Virus record (IMG/VR): IMGVR_UViG_3300026953_000016
Location: 1-53,086 of that record
DNA from: a virus
Lineage: Duplodnaviria > Caudoviricetes
Length of the DNA stretch: 53,086 nt
Reading direction: 5' to 3' (one strand)
The stretch's first letter is position 1, and each line of letters starts with the position of its first letter. This document shows, piece after piece, positions 24,572-34,439 of the stretch. The position numbers and the translations under genes are program-made. Under the pieces are notes generated by a model. That model was not told the DNA's origin, did no database searches, and saw only the letters and a program-made list of their open reading frames with translations.

Positions 24572-25201
24572 TTGAAGGGTCGGCGTCGTGACAGCGCGGA
24601 AATGCAAGCTGCCAAGGGCGCTCCTGGAAAACGCATGTCTGCTGCGGAGCGCCAGCTCGCCGAGGCGGAGGTGATGGCAAACGAACTCGCTGCGGCACCT
24701 CCTCTCGAGGCGGACATTCTAGCCCCGCCCAATATCCTCGACGGCAAACGCTTTGCCGGCGCACTTCGTATCTGGCGCGAATATGCACCGCTTCTGAATG
24801 ACCGCCGGGCATTTGACTCGATGTTCCGTGACACCTTCAGCCACTTCTGCGTTTGGCAAGCGCTGGCGGAAATGGCGAAAAAAGACATAGACCGCTACGG
24901 CCTCACGCGTTTGGTCAAAACGACATCGAAGGATAAGGCGCTGAAGCGCAATCCGGCGATCGACATCCTGTCAGAAGCGACCACGCGCGTTATGCAGCTG
25001 TCGGAACGCTTCGGGTTTACGCCGCTCGATCGTTATAAGTTGGAGCAGCAACATCAGGCTTGGTCATCTCGCATGCCCGCGCAGCCCCCAGGGGAGTTAC
25101 CGCTTAGCGCGCCGGGCCAGCGCGATACTGCTGCACTATCCGATGATGTCATCGGGATTGGCGGATCGCTGGATGGCACACCGCCGCAACGGGTTAACTG
25201 A
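24572..25201 (+). CDS. terS: Terminase small subunit (P27 family)
   Basis: MKGRR...KGAPGKR...KRNPAI...FGFTPLDR. Confidence 0.85.
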   Translation: MKGRRRDSAEMQAAKGAPGKRMSAAERQLAEAEVMANELAAAPPLEADILAPPNILDGKRFAGALRIWREYAPLLNDRRAFDSMFRDTFSHFCVWQALAEMAKKDIDRYGLTRLVKTTSKDKALKRNPAIDILSEATTRVMQLSERFGFTPLDRYKLEQQHQAWSSRMPAQPPGELPLSAPGQRDTAALSDDVIGIGGSLDGTPPQRVN

Positions 25202-25209
25202 GGGTAGCC

Positions 25210-27003
25210 ATGCCCGCGGCAGAGGCCGCCGAAAGCGTACCGTTCAATGCGGTCGCTCATCCGCCTCATCCGGCTTGGTTGGCCCAGGTCGACAACGACC
25301 CGGCCTATGAGTGGGCCCGCATACAATGGCGGCGCGCGCATGCCGTTCCTGGCGCGTGGTTCGATGCGGTCAAGGCAGACAGGATCGTCGCGCTTTGGCC
25401 GACTATTTTTACACTGACAGAAGACCGCTTCGCCGGCGTTCCATTCCACCTCAGTGTTTGGCAAGAGATCATCGTCCGTTTCCTGGTGGGCTTCAAAGTC
25501 CCAGTGGAAGTGCTCGATCCTGTCACGCATAAGGAAGTTTCTGTTTACGTTCGGCTCTACAAGCAGCTGCGACTGTGGATCCCGCGCAAGAATGGCAAGA
25601 GTGAGTTCCTTGCCGCGCTGAGCCTACTCTTCTTTGCCATCGATGGTGCCCAGACGGGCAGGGGATATGTCTTCGCCCACGATGAAAAGCAGGCTGAAGT
25701 GATCTTCAGCAAGATGTCGATGATGGTGGCTGGGCTGCCAAAGGCATCGCAAAATCATATCCAGGTCTTTCAAAAGACGATCTGGATTGGCAAGACGCAG
25801 TCGCGTTTCGAGCTTCTGCCGGGCAAAATTGCAGGCGCGCATGGCCGTTCGGCGACGGTGATCACCGGCGACGAAATGCATGAGTGGCGAAGCCTGACGC
25901 TCATGAACACGTTGCGCCAATCGACAGGTGCACGCCTTGAGCCGATCGAGCTTTACGCGTCATCAGCCGGTCTGAAGACGAACAAGATCGGTGTCGAGCT
26001 GTACGAGGAATCGCAGAAGATTCTCGACGGTCGCATCGAAGACCCGACGACGCTGGTTGTGATCTTCGCGGCAAACGACAACGCCGACATAGGCTTGGAG
26101 GAGACATGGCGGTCCTGCAATCCGTCGCTCGGATTGTCTCCGACGATCCCTTACCTGCGGCGCGAACATGCGCTGACGGCGAACAACCCCAGGCGCGAGG
26201 CGGAATTTCGCTGCTACCACCTGGGGCAGTGGATTGAACAGCACACGCGCTGGATCAATATGCGCAAGTGGGATGCTTGCGCCAAAGGCAAGATTGGCTG
26301 GCGTGAGCTTTATGCTTCGCTGGTGAATTCGGACCGGCCTTGTTACGGCGGCTTTGACGTTTCGAAGCGCAATGACATCACGGCCCTGACATGGCTGTTC
26401 GAGCCATTCGAGGATGATCCCGACTGGCTGTGTGTGCCGCTCTTCTGGGTACCGGAAGAAACCATGGCCTGGCGCGTTCGTGATGACGGCGTGCCCTACG
26501 ACAAGTGGCTTGCTGCCGGCGCGCTGCAAACGACGCCCGGCAACATGGTCGATCAAAACTTCATCGCGAAAGCCGTGATGGAGGGGGTGCGCGACTTCAA
26601 CGTGCAGAAAATCAGCTTTGACCCGTGGAATGCCACGAAGCTGGTGACAGATCTGCAGCGTGACGGCGTGGACGCCGATCTGTTTCTGGAAGTGCGGCAA
26701 GGCACGCGCACGCTGAGCGAGCCCTGCACGGCCTTTGAAGAAGATGTTTATGCCGGGCGTTTTCAGCATGGTGGGCATCCGGTGCTGCGCTGGATGGCCG
26801 GCAATGTGGTGGTGAAGTTCGATGAGAACCTCAACATCATGCCCAGCAAGAAAAAGTCGAGCGAGAAGATTGACGGTATTTCGGCCATTGTGAACGCCCG
26901 CGCGGCGACGATCACGACCGAAGAGAACCCCAGTGAGTCTGTCTATGAGCAGATCGCGCGGGAAAAAGCGGAACAACAAGCCAAAGAGCAGGCGGCTGCA
27001 TGA
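25210..27003 (+). CDS. terL: Terminase large subunit
   Basis: IPRKNGKS, GDEMHEW, GGFDVS..DIT, FDPWNA, KIDG. Confidence 0.95.
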   Translation: MPAAEAAESVPFNAVAHPPHPAWLAQVDNDPAYEWARIQWRRAHAVPGAWFDAVKADRIVALWPTIFTLTEDRFAGVPFHLSVWQEIIVRFLVGFKVPVEVLDPVTHKEVSVYVRLYKQLRLWIPRKNGKSEFLAALSLLFFAIDGAQTGRGYVFAHDEKQAEVIFSKMSMMVAGLPKASQNHIQVFQKTIWIGKTQSRFELLPGKIAGAHGRSATVITGDEMHEWRSLTLMNTLRQSTGARLEPIELYASSAGLKTNKIGVELYEESQKILDGRIEDPTTLVVIFAANDNADIGLEETWRSCNPSLGLSPTIPYLRREHALTANNPRREAEFRCYHLGQWIEQHTRWINMRKWDACAKGKIGWRELYASLVNSDRPCYGGFDVSKRNDITALTWLFEPFEDDPDWLCVPLFWVPEETMAWRVRDDGVPYDKWLAAGALQTTPGNMVDQNFIAKAVMEGVRDFNVQKISFDPWNATKLVTDLQRDGVDADLFLEVRQGTRTLSEPCTAFEEDVYAGRFQHGGHPVLRWMAGNVVVKFDENLNIMPSKKKSSEKIDGISAIVNARAATITTEENPSESVYEQIAREKAEQQAKEQAAA

Positions 27004-27272
27004 CCACGATCCCAGACGCTCCGGCGCCCAATGAACAGGTGTCGGCGCTGGCGCGCTTTGTCGTGGCCGGCTTCAACGCTGCGCTTTTTGAAGCGCCGGT
27101 ACTGCTTGGTCTTGCCGCAATCGCCTATGGTGCATGGTTGTGGTTTCCCCCGGCTGGCTATATCGCAGGGGGGGCATTGATCGTGTGTTGGCGTGTGCTG
27201 ATGGTTTATTCCGCAGCAATCGCCGATCAGGCTGATGCGCATGCTGCGTCAAAAATGGCCAAGCCTGAATGA
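27000..27272 (+). CDS. Small membrane protein between terL and portal
   Basis: Two hydrophobic segments; coupled at both ends. Confidence 0.6.
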   Translation: MTTIPDAPAPNEQVSALARFVVAGFNAALFEAPVLLGLAAIAYGAWLWFPPAGYIAGGALIVCWRVLMVYSAAIADQADAHAASKMAKPE

Positions 27273-28564
27273 AGCGCGGCGCGACTGGTGCCCTGGCACA
27301 TATCGTTGGTCGGGTAATGAATTCGGCGGCGGGCCTTGAAAACCCCAATGTGCCGATCACGCCGGAACAGTTGATTGGTGTTCTGGGTGGTGGCCCGACC
27401 TATGCGGGTCCGCATGTCAATGAGCGCTCATCCATGCGCTCGACGGCAGTCTATGCCTGTGTCGCACTGGTGTCTGGCCTTGTCGCTGGCCTTCCGCTGC
27501 AAATCTACAAGGGCACGCATAATGACCGCGTGCTGGAGAACGATCACCCTTACGCCAAGTTTTTTCGCACTGTCGCTAATCCAGAGATGGCGCTTTCCAG
27601 CTTCAACTGGCTGGAAATGAATGTGGTGCACATGATGTTGTGGGGGAATCATTATTCCCTCATCGATGAGACCAAAGGCGGCGATCTTCTCGGTTTCGTG
27701 CCATTTACCCCTGACCAAACCACGCCGTTGATCCATCGTGTGGGGCAGGGCTTTGCCCGTAACTATCGCACGCGGCTTCTCGACGGTACGACGTATGACC
27801 TTCCGGGCCGCAATGTATTGCACTTCTGCGGGCTCGGGTTTGATGGGCTGCGCGGGCTTTCGGTTATTCAGCATATGGCCCGCCAGGCGATCGGCGCCAA
27901 TCTTGCCATGGAAGAGGCCGCGGCGCGCATGCTTGCCACGGGTGCGCGCCTTTCTGGTGTGGTGAGTGCCGACAAGGGCGTCAAGCTCTCGCCTGGTGCG
28001 CGCGATCAAGTGAAAGCAGAATTCCGCGAGCTCTATCAGGGCAGCTACAACGCCGGTGAGGTAGCATTCCTCGACCAAGGCATGACTTGGGTACAAGCCC
28101 AGATGTCGGCCCGCGATGCCGAACTGCTCGAAAGCCGGAAGTTTTCCGTCGTCGATATCGCCCGCGGTTTTGGCGTGCCACCATTTTTTATCGGTGAATC
28201 CGGTGACATGACGGCGTGGGGCTCCGGCCTCGAGCAAGTCATGCTCGTCTTCCTAATGACCGGTCTTGATCGCTGGCTAAAACGCATTGAGGCCGAGATC
28301 AATCTGAAGCTCTTCGCGGGCACAGATTATTTCTGCGAGTTCCAGCGCGAAGCGCTGCAGGCGATGAACGTCCAGGCGATGTTCGACTCCATCACCAAGA
28401 TGTTGATGGCGGGTGCCACGCTGAACGAAGTGCGCGAGCGGATGAAGTTGTCGCGCCTGACGCTGCCTGGCGCCGATGAGCCGATGGTTTCCAATAATGT
28501 CCTGCCGCTCTCGCGCGTGATCGCCGGTGAGCAACCAAAGCCGAAAGAAGGAATGGGCGCATGA
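27269..28564 (+). CDS. Portal protein, HK97 family
   Basis: AVYACV, WGNHY, GLRGLSVI, IARGFGVPP, TLNEVRE. Confidence 0.95.
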   Translation: MKRGATGALAHIVGRVMNSAAGLENPNVPITPEQLIGVLGGGPTYAGPHVNERSSMRSTAVYACVALVSGLVAGLPLQIYKGTHNDRVLENDHPYAKFFRTVANPEMALSSFNWLEMNVVHMMLWGNHYSLIDETKGGDLLGFVPFTPDQTTPLIHRVGQGFARNYRTRLLDGTTYDLPGRNVLHFCGLGFDGLRGLSVIQHMARQAIGANLAMEEAAARMLATGARLSGVVSADKGVKLSPGARDQVKAEFRELYQGSYNAGEVAFLDQGMTWVQAQMSARDAELLESRKFSVVDIARGFGVPPFFIGESGDMTAWGSGLEQVMLVFLMTGLDRWLKRIEAEINLKLFAGTDYFCEFQREALQAMNVQAMFDSITKMLMAGATLNEVRERMKLSRLTLPGADEPMVSNNVLPLSRVIAGEQPKPKEGMGA

Positions 28565-29805
28565 AGCGTAAGGCTCTTCTGAAAAATGGCACGGCTATGC
28601 AGCCTGTGCTGCGCTTCCGCAATCTGATTGGTAGTGGAAACCGCCTCACGGGCGAACGCTTCGAAGTCACCAATGCGGTGCCGGTGGATGGTGAGCAGGT
28701 GGCGCAGATGTACATTTACGGCGACATCGGCATGTGGGGTATTCAGGACATCGACGTGCAGCAAGCGTTGCAGGGTATTTCTGCTGACCGGCTGTGTGTG
28801 CATCTCAACTCCGGTGGCGGCGAAGTATGGCACGGCATTGCCATCTACAATGTGCTGCGCGACTGGGCCGATCAGAATAACGCCAAGATCGAAATGCGTA
28901 TCGATGCCATCGCGGCCTCGATCGCGTCCGTCATTGCTATGGCTGGTGATGATATCGTAATCGCCAAGAATGCAGTGATGATGATCCACCGGGCGTCAGG
29001 CGGTTGTTGGGGTACCGCCGATGACATGCGCAAGACGGCCGAGATTTTGGATGTGATCGAGACATCACAGATCATCCCGAGTTATCAGCAGCATGTTTCC
29101 CTGAGCGCCGATGCGCTTATTGAAATGATGAAAGCCGAGACCTGGATGAATGCCGAAGAGGCTGTTTCCCAGGGGTTTGCCACCAGCGTGGCAGATGATG
29201 AAGAAGAGGGCGATGAAGAACCAGAAGCGCTACTGCGCCCTGGTCTCTATGCCAAAGCACCAAAAGCGTTGCGCTGCGCCAAGCCGGCAAATCAGAAGCT
29301 GCACACCAAGACGCCGCCGCGCAATGTCGCCGATTGGGTCTGTGCAGCCCGCCTTGATCATCCGGTTACGGAGCGCGATAGCTATAACGCCAGTGCCGCC
29401 GCCGAACGCATTCTCGATTGGGCTGGGTTCAATGGCGATAACCCAGATCCTGGCCGCGCCAAGTGTTGTTTCCTGGCCTATGACGCTTCCGAGCCGAAAA
29501 GCAAGGACAGCTATGTATTGCCGTTCTGCGACATCATCGGTGGTATCCAGCATGCCATCAGCAAGGGTTGGGATTGGGCGGAATCGAAGATTGACGGGTT
29601 GGATATTCCCCAACCGGTGAAGGATTCTGCTCGCGCAGCTGTCGAGGCCTATGAGGCCAAGATCGGCGAGGATGACGACGAAGACGAAGAAGGTGAAGAC
29701 GGTGATGCCAAAGACGCCGCAGAAAAAGCTGCTGCGCACGCGCACGCTGTCGCGGTCGCGCGCGCCAAGACGCGCAGTATAGCCGCTGAACTCGACGCGG
29801 CCTGA
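28561..29805 (+). CDS. ClpP-type prohead protease with C-terminal extension
   Basis: HLNSGGGEV, AASIASVIAMAGD, MMIHRA, ETWMNAEEAVSQGFA. Confidence 0.92.
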   Translation: MKRKALLKNGTAMQPVLRFRNLIGSGNRLTGERFEVTNAVPVDGEQVAQMYIYGDIGMWGIQDIDVQQALQGISADRLCVHLNSGGGEVWHGIAIYNVLRDWADQNNAKIEMRIDAIAASIASVIAMAGDDIVIAKNAVMMIHRASGGCWGTADDMRKTAEILDVIETSQIIPSYQQHVSLSADALIEMMKAETWMNAEEAVSQGFATSVADDEEEGDEEPEALLRPGLYAKAPKALRCAKPANQKLHTKTPPRNVADWVCAARLDHPVTERDSYNASAAAERILDWAGFNGDNPDPGRAKCCFLAYDASEPKSKDSYVLPFCDIIGGIQHAISKGWDWAESKIDGLDIPQPVKDSARAAVEAYEAKIGEDDDEDEEGEDGDAKDAAEKAAAHAHAVAVARAKTRSIAAELDAA

Positions 29806-29908
29806 TTTCTAAACAGTTTCAGTAACCGGACTCGGCGCGGATAGGCTGCCCACGCGCCCGCATAATCCGCTGGTTCGGGGCAGCATTTCTGACAACGGAG
29901 AGACTGAT

Positions 29909-31186
29909 ATGACGCCCATGGAAATGGCGAAGGAAAAGCGCGTCGAGCGCAAGAAGATCGTGGACGCGATGAACGCGATCATCATGAAGTCGGAAGTCAC
30001 AGCGGAAGACCTCGCGCAGCATACGAAGCTCGATGGCGAGCAGAAGGTTCTTGGTGAGACCATCGCGCGTCTGGAAGCGCAGGACACGTTGAACAACGAC
30101 ATCAACGGCCGCCGCGAATATAAGGCGGTTGCGACGGGCCGTTCTGTCGATGAAGTCACTGCCGAGGAAGTGGAACACAAGAAAGCGTTCCGCAATTACC
30201 TGGTGCGCGGCATGAACAACATTTCTGACGATGATCGCCGCATCGTCATGGGAATGCAGAAGCCGTTCTCCGAATCCGACAAGTCGCAGCTTGTCGCCAT
30301 GAATGCGGCGCAGTCAGGTGTCGATCTGACTGGTGGTGCGATCCTGGTGCCGACCACGATGGCAACGCAGATCGAGTCCGCGCAGAAGGCTTATGGCGGC
30401 ATGATCGATCCTGGCGTCTGCTATCAATTCAACACCGACATGGGCAACGAGCTGGTTCTGCCGACAGATGACGACACCTCCAATGAAGGTGAAATGCTTG
30501 GAGAAAATAAGGTCACCGGCGAACAGGGCGTTGCCTTCGGCGGGGTTACGGTGCGTGGCTATATCTTCTCGTCCAAGATCATCAAGGTGCCTGTGGCGCT
30601 GCTGCAGGATTCCGCCTTCGATCTCGAAACGTTCCTGGCTGGAAAAATCGGCGTTCGCCTGGCGCGTGCCAAGAACCGCAAGTTCACGACCGGAACCGGT
30701 GCTTCGCAGCCGATGGGTGTATACACTATTGCACCGGTCGGAAAGGTTGCTGCAGCGGGGCAGACTGCAAGCATCGTTTGGACGGATTTTCAGGATTTGA
30801 AACATTCGGTCGATCCGGCTTATCGCACCAACGGCCGTTACATGTTCCATGACACCACGCTCTTGGCAGCCAAAAAGCTCGTTGACGGCGTTGGTCGCCC
30901 GTTGTGGCAGTCTGGTGTTGCGCTGAAGGAGCCTGACACGCTCGATGGTGAAAAGTTCACCATCAACCAGCACGCGCCCGTTATGGCTGCTAGCGCCAAT
31001 TCGATGGCTTATGGCGACTTCAGCAAATACTACATTCGCAATGTGGGTGGCACCTTGATCATGCGCTTGAGCGAGCGCTATGCCGATCAGTTCCAGGTAG
31101 CCTTCTTGGCATTCCAGCGGGCCGATGGTCAGCTGGTGGATGCTGGAACGCATCCGATCAAGCTGTATCAGAACGCGGCGTCCTAG
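29909..31186 (+). CDS. Major capsid protein, HK97 fold
   Basis: N-terminal scaffold-like coiled coil, GGAILVP, LLQDSAFDLE, GTGASQPMG, GRPLW, YGDFSKY, QRADG. Confidence 0.95.
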   Translation: MTPMEMAKEKRVERKKIVDAMNAIIMKSEVTAEDLAQHTKLDGEQKVLGETIARLEAQDTLNNDINGRREYKAVATGRSVDEVTAEEVEHKKAFRNYLVRGMNNISDDDRRIVMGMQKPFSESDKSQLVAMNAAQSGVDLTGGAILVPTTMATQIESAQKAYGGMIDPGVCYQFNTDMGNELVLPTDDDTSNEGEMLGENKVTGEQGVAFGGVTVRGYIFSSKIIKVPVALLQDSAFDLETFLAGKIGVRLARAKNRKFTTGTGASQPMGVYTIAPVGKVAAAGQTASIVWTDFQDLKHSVDPAYRTNGRYMFHDTTLLAAKKLVDGVGRPLWQSGVALKEPDTLDGEKFTINQHAPVMAASANSMAYGDFSKYYIRNVGGTLIMRLSERYADQFQVAFLAFQRADGQLVDAGTHPIKLYQNAAS

Positions 31187-31202
31187 GCGCGACATCGGTG
31201 AT

Positions 31203-31244
31203 GTTGGCGGCATTGTGCACGGGCAACGCCGCCAACTAACTTTT
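31203..31244 (+). terminator. Stem-loop after the capsid gene (terminator or mRNA stabiliser)
   Basis: GTTGGCGGC...GCCGCCAAC 9-bp stem followed by TAACTTTT. Confidence 0.45.
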
Positions 31245-31264
31245 CCGTGGTGCAGGTATCTGCA

Positions 31265-31786
31265 ATGTCCGATAATCCTGAAACCAACCAAGACACTCCC
31301 AAAACAAAGTGGGTTAAAAACCTTTCGAGCTGGGCTGGGCATGACCGCAATCACGTCCCGGGCGAGCATATCGAACTGCCCTATGCTACCGCCGTGGCCC
31401 GCATCGGGGCCGGTCTCGCATCCGAGCCAGATTCGTCCTTTGTTCCGGGGGTGACGCCAGCCGTTCCGCCAGCCAATGCTGAAGTGGCCAAGGAGCGGAT
31501 CGCAGCGATGGCGGTCGACCTTGCGACTGCAAAGGAAGAACACGGCAAGCTTTCGGCGGCGCATGAAGAGCTCAATGGATCGCTTGCAAAGCTGAATGAA
31601 GAGTTGGCTGCGCAGGTGAAGCTCGTGTCCGATCGCGATGAGGACATCGCGAAACTGCAAGGTGAGCTCGCTGTAGCGATTAATGCTGCCGCGGAAAAAG
31701 ACGCGACCATCGCGAGGCTCAAAGAAGATCTCGCCAAGGCGGCTGAAAAGCCGACAGAGGGCAAGGCCAAGCAGGGCCGGGGCTGA
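31265..31786 (+). CDS. Head-associated coiled-coil protein
   Basis: Short N-terminal domain (PGEHIELP..TAVARIGAGLA) plus long heptad repeat; follows the capsid gene. Confidence 0.6.
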   Translation: MSDNPETNQDTPKTKWVKNLSSWAGHDRNHVPGEHIELPYATAVARIGAGLASEPDSSFVPGVTPAVPPANAEVAKERIAAMAVDLATAKEEHGKLSAAHEELNGSLAKLNEELAAQVKLVSDRDEDIAKLQGELAVAINAAAEKDATIARLKEDLAKAAEKPTEGKAKQGRG

Positions 31787-31844
31787 TATCCGGCACACCG
31801 ACGCCGGCGGTGTCCGGCCCCACATCTATCAGCAGGAGAGATGC

Positions 31845-32279
31845 ATGCAGCGCGATTTGTTCAATAACATTAACGTGAAGGGCCAGAATGTGGGCTCCAC
31901 GAGTGACAACACGGTCGTTTCGAGTGGTATCGTTCCGACCGCTGGTTTTGACGCTTTGACCTTCCTGATCTTGACGGGCGTTCTCGCCGACGCCGATGCC
32001 ACCTTCGCCGTTTCGATCACCCATGGCGATAAGGCGGACCTTTCCGACGGTGTCGCGCTGACAGATGCGGCCAACGCGGATGATCTGATCGGAACCTTGG
32101 CGGCCGCGTCTTTCGACTATTCGAAAGACAACAAAGTGTTCAAGGTTGGCTACAAGGGCACAAAGGCCTATGCGCGCTGCGATGTGACCCCGGCCAATAA
32201 TTCCGGTTCGGCGCCGATCACCATCGTGCCGCTGCTGGGCTTCCCGCACTATATCCCCACCTCCAATCCGCCGGCGTAA
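31845..32279 (+). CDS. Putative head decoration / structural protein
   Basis: AGGAG RBS; beta-rich; DADATFAV...KVGYKGTKAYAR pattern. Confidence 0.6.
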   Translation: MQRDLFNNINVKGQNVGSTSDNTVVSSGIVPTAGFDALTFLILTGVLADADATFAVSITHGDKADLSDGVALTDAANADDLIGTLAAASFDYSKDNKVFKVGYKGTKAYARCDVTPANNSGSAPITIVPLLGFPHYIPTSNPPA

Positions 32280-32322
32280 GCCTTTTCGTTTCTCACGTTC
32301 GGGGTGTTCGTGGGAGCAACTG

Positions 32323-32356
32323 GCCCCTGTCTGGAAACGGGCGGGGGTCTCTTTTT
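32323..32356 (+). terminator. Rho-independent terminator
   Basis: GCCCCTGTCTG-GAAA-CGGGCGGGGGT followed by CTCTTTTT. Confidence 0.55.
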
Positions 32357-32382
32357 GATCAACTCGATCGGGAGATCGTTCA

Positions 32383-32883
32383 ATGAAAAAGCCGTATCTT
32401 TGGGGTGTAATCTCCGCTCTTTGTTTGCTTGCTGCGTTGTTCGTCTGTGCGACCGTCGCGCCGGCAAGTGCCGACTATGTCACCAAGAACTGGATGGGTG
32501 GCGGCGGGGCGCTCTGGCATGTTGGTGGCACCCTCGAAGTTGCATCCGGAGGCGTCGTTACCATTGGCGGCACCGACAAAACCGCCGCCCTGACGGCCAG
32601 TGTGACAAATCCCGTCAAAGGTGCCTCTTCGGGCTATTTGATCCAAACGGGTGAGGTCGCGCTTTCTGCCGGAACGGCCAGCGTGACCACGGGACTTGCC
32701 AGCATCGCCAGCTGTACCTTGACCGTCAAATCAGCCACTGCGCCGACCACAGAATTGGTGACATACAACACCTCCGGCGGAACGCTCAGCATTTACGGCT
32801 GGAAGTCGACCAATTCCTCGACCACGACGTTGACGGCCACCACTGGCACGGAAACGGTCGGTTGGTCCTGTCGCGGCGCCTAA
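32383..32883 (+). CDS. Ser/Thr/Gly-rich beta protein (head-fibre-like) with signal-peptide-like N-terminus
   Basis: GGGAG RBS; hydrophobic N-terminus ending ASA; GGTLEVASGG motif. Confidence 0.55.
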   Translation: MKKPYLWGVISALCLLAALFVCATVAPASADYVTKNWMGGGGALWHVGGTLEVASGGVVTIGGTDKTAALTASVTNPVKGASSGYLIQTGEVALSAGTASVTTGLASIASCTLTVKSATAPTTELVTYNTSGGTLSIYGWKSTNSSTTTLTATTGTETVGWSCRGA

Positions 32884-32904
32884 GACACCTTTGGAGCGCC
32901 GCTT

Positions 32905-33630
32905 ATGCTGGCTCAGGATCGTGACCTCAAGCTCTATCGCACGCTGTCACTGCAGCTTGACGATGATGGTGCGCCGGTGCAGGCGGGTGGTAACCCGCTA
33001 TCGCTGGCTGAGGTCAAGAAAAGTCTTCGCATCGATCACGATGACGATGACGATCTGATCCAGTCCTTTATGGATGCGGCGCTCGCTCTCTTTGATGGCG
33101 CCAATGGTTGTCTCGGTCGGGCCTTCTTGACCCAGAAATGGGAACTGCGCCAGGCGCGATTTTCCCGTTGGCCTTATTATTGGGGGCCAGCGCAGCGCAG
33201 CTATGACCGCGTCTATGATCCGCTGAAATGGCTGGAATGGATGCGAGTAGAAATTCCGCTGCCGCCGCTGCAAAGCATCGACAGCATACAGTACTACGAT
33301 GGCGCAGGCGTGCTGCAGACGTTGGATCCCGCGACGTATACCATTCAGCTCGGTGGTGTGGGCATGTGGGCGCTGCTGCCGCTTCGTGGGCAGGTGTGGC
33401 CAGCCTGCGACTCTAGCCGTCTGGATGCCGTTCGGATCAAATTCACGGCGGGGTACAAGACGATTCCGGCGTTGAAGGCTGAGCGCAAGACGCTGCTGCA
33501 AGCCATGATGCTGATGGTTGGCCTCTGGAACGAAAACCGCGAGGCCGCCCTCGTGGCAGATCGCGCCGCGGTGGCGGAACTTCCATTCTATCAGGCGCTG
33601 ATCGCGCCGCACGTGTTGAGCTGGTTCTGA
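32905..33630 (+). CDS. Head-tail connector (gp6-like adaptor)
   Basis: PLSLAEVKKSLRIDHDDDDDLI...LGRAFLTQKW...PLQSIDSIQY...W.ENRE. Confidence 0.88.
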   Translation: MLAQDRDLKLYRTLSLQLDDDGAPVQAGGNPLSLAEVKKSLRIDHDDDDDLIQSFMDAALALFDGANGCLGRAFLTQKWELRQARFSRWPYYWGPAQRSYDRVYDPLKWLEWMRVEIPLPPLQSIDSIQYYDGAGVLQTLDPATYTIQLGGVGMWALLPLRGQVWPACDSSRLDAVRIKFTAGYKTIPALKAERKTLLQAMMLMVGLWNENREAALVADRAAVAELPFYQALIAPHVLSWF

Positions 33631-34004
33631 TGGTTGCGCGTACGACAATCGGGCAAATGCGCGAACGGGTATGCTTTCTAAAGCGTGCGTCAACGGCGGG
33701 TGATGGCGCAGGAAATTACGGTGGTGAATGGACGCCAGTACTCGACCAGAACGAAAGGCCTTATGAGTGCGCGGCCAGGATCATGCCGAAGTTGGGTGGT
33801 GAGGAAGTGACGGCCGCGCGCTTACAAGGTGTACAGCCGATGGTGATCACGGTGCGTGGGTCATCGGTAGTCAAGTCGATCACGCCTCAGCACGCCCTCG
33901 AAGATGTACGCCGCGGCATTCGGTACAACATCAAATCGATATCGAACCCAGACGAGCGCGGCATCCTGTACGAAATGGTGGCCGTGTCCGGCAAAGCCCT
34001 CTGA
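33630..34004 (+). CDS. Head closure (stopper) protein
   Basis: GQMRERV...DGAGNY.GEW...ITVR...YNIKSI. Confidence 0.85.
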   Translation: MVARTTIGQMRERVCFLKRASTAGDGAGNYGGEWTPVLDQNERPYECAARIMPKLGGEEVTAARLQGVQPMVITVRGSSVVKSITPQHALEDVRRGIRYNIKSISNPDERGILYEMVAVSGKAL

Positions 34005-34025
34005 TATCGATTCTGGTGATGGACC

Positions 34026-34439
34026 ATGAAACAGACACCGACATCTGCGGTGCGCGGCAGCACTGTGCGATTTGTGCAGCAGTTTCGCGATGCAGATGGA
34101 AATCTGTACGCCCCCTCTCAGGCGGTGCTGACAATCATCTACACGATCGCGCCAGGCGTTTCCAAAACGCATGATTTTGTCATGGATTTCGATGAAGCCA
34201 CGCAAGAATGGGTCACGCTCTGGGATACCCGCGGGGCTTATGCCGGGCTTGTGAGTTGGAGCATTTCTGCGCCGAATAATGAGCCGCCAGGTGATCGCTA
34301 TGATGGAACGATCCATCTGATCGCCAATCCCGCAAATGTGCAGGCTGAGGTCGATACGCCGGACGTTCCTCCGGTCATCACTACTGATCTTACCAACCCC
34401 AACAACACCGGAACCGCTTCGATGCTGGGAGTATTTTGA
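34026..34439 (+). CDS. Hypothetical structural protein (possible fibre attachment domain)
   Basis: 137 aa, beta-rich; first gene of the insertion in the neck module. Confidence 0.55.
   Translation: MKQTPTSAVRGSTVRFVQQFRDADGNLYAPSQAVLTIIYTIAPGVSKTHDFVMDFDEATQEWVTLWDTRGAYAGLVSWSISAPNNEPPGDRYDGTIHLIANPANVQAEVDTPDVPPVITTDLTNPNNTGTASMLGVF

Noticed and set aside
30314-31825. 503-aa minus-strand ORF, and similar long antisense ORFs over terL, portal and the tail tip gene
   Set aside because: Shadow frames of well-supported plus-strand structural genes.
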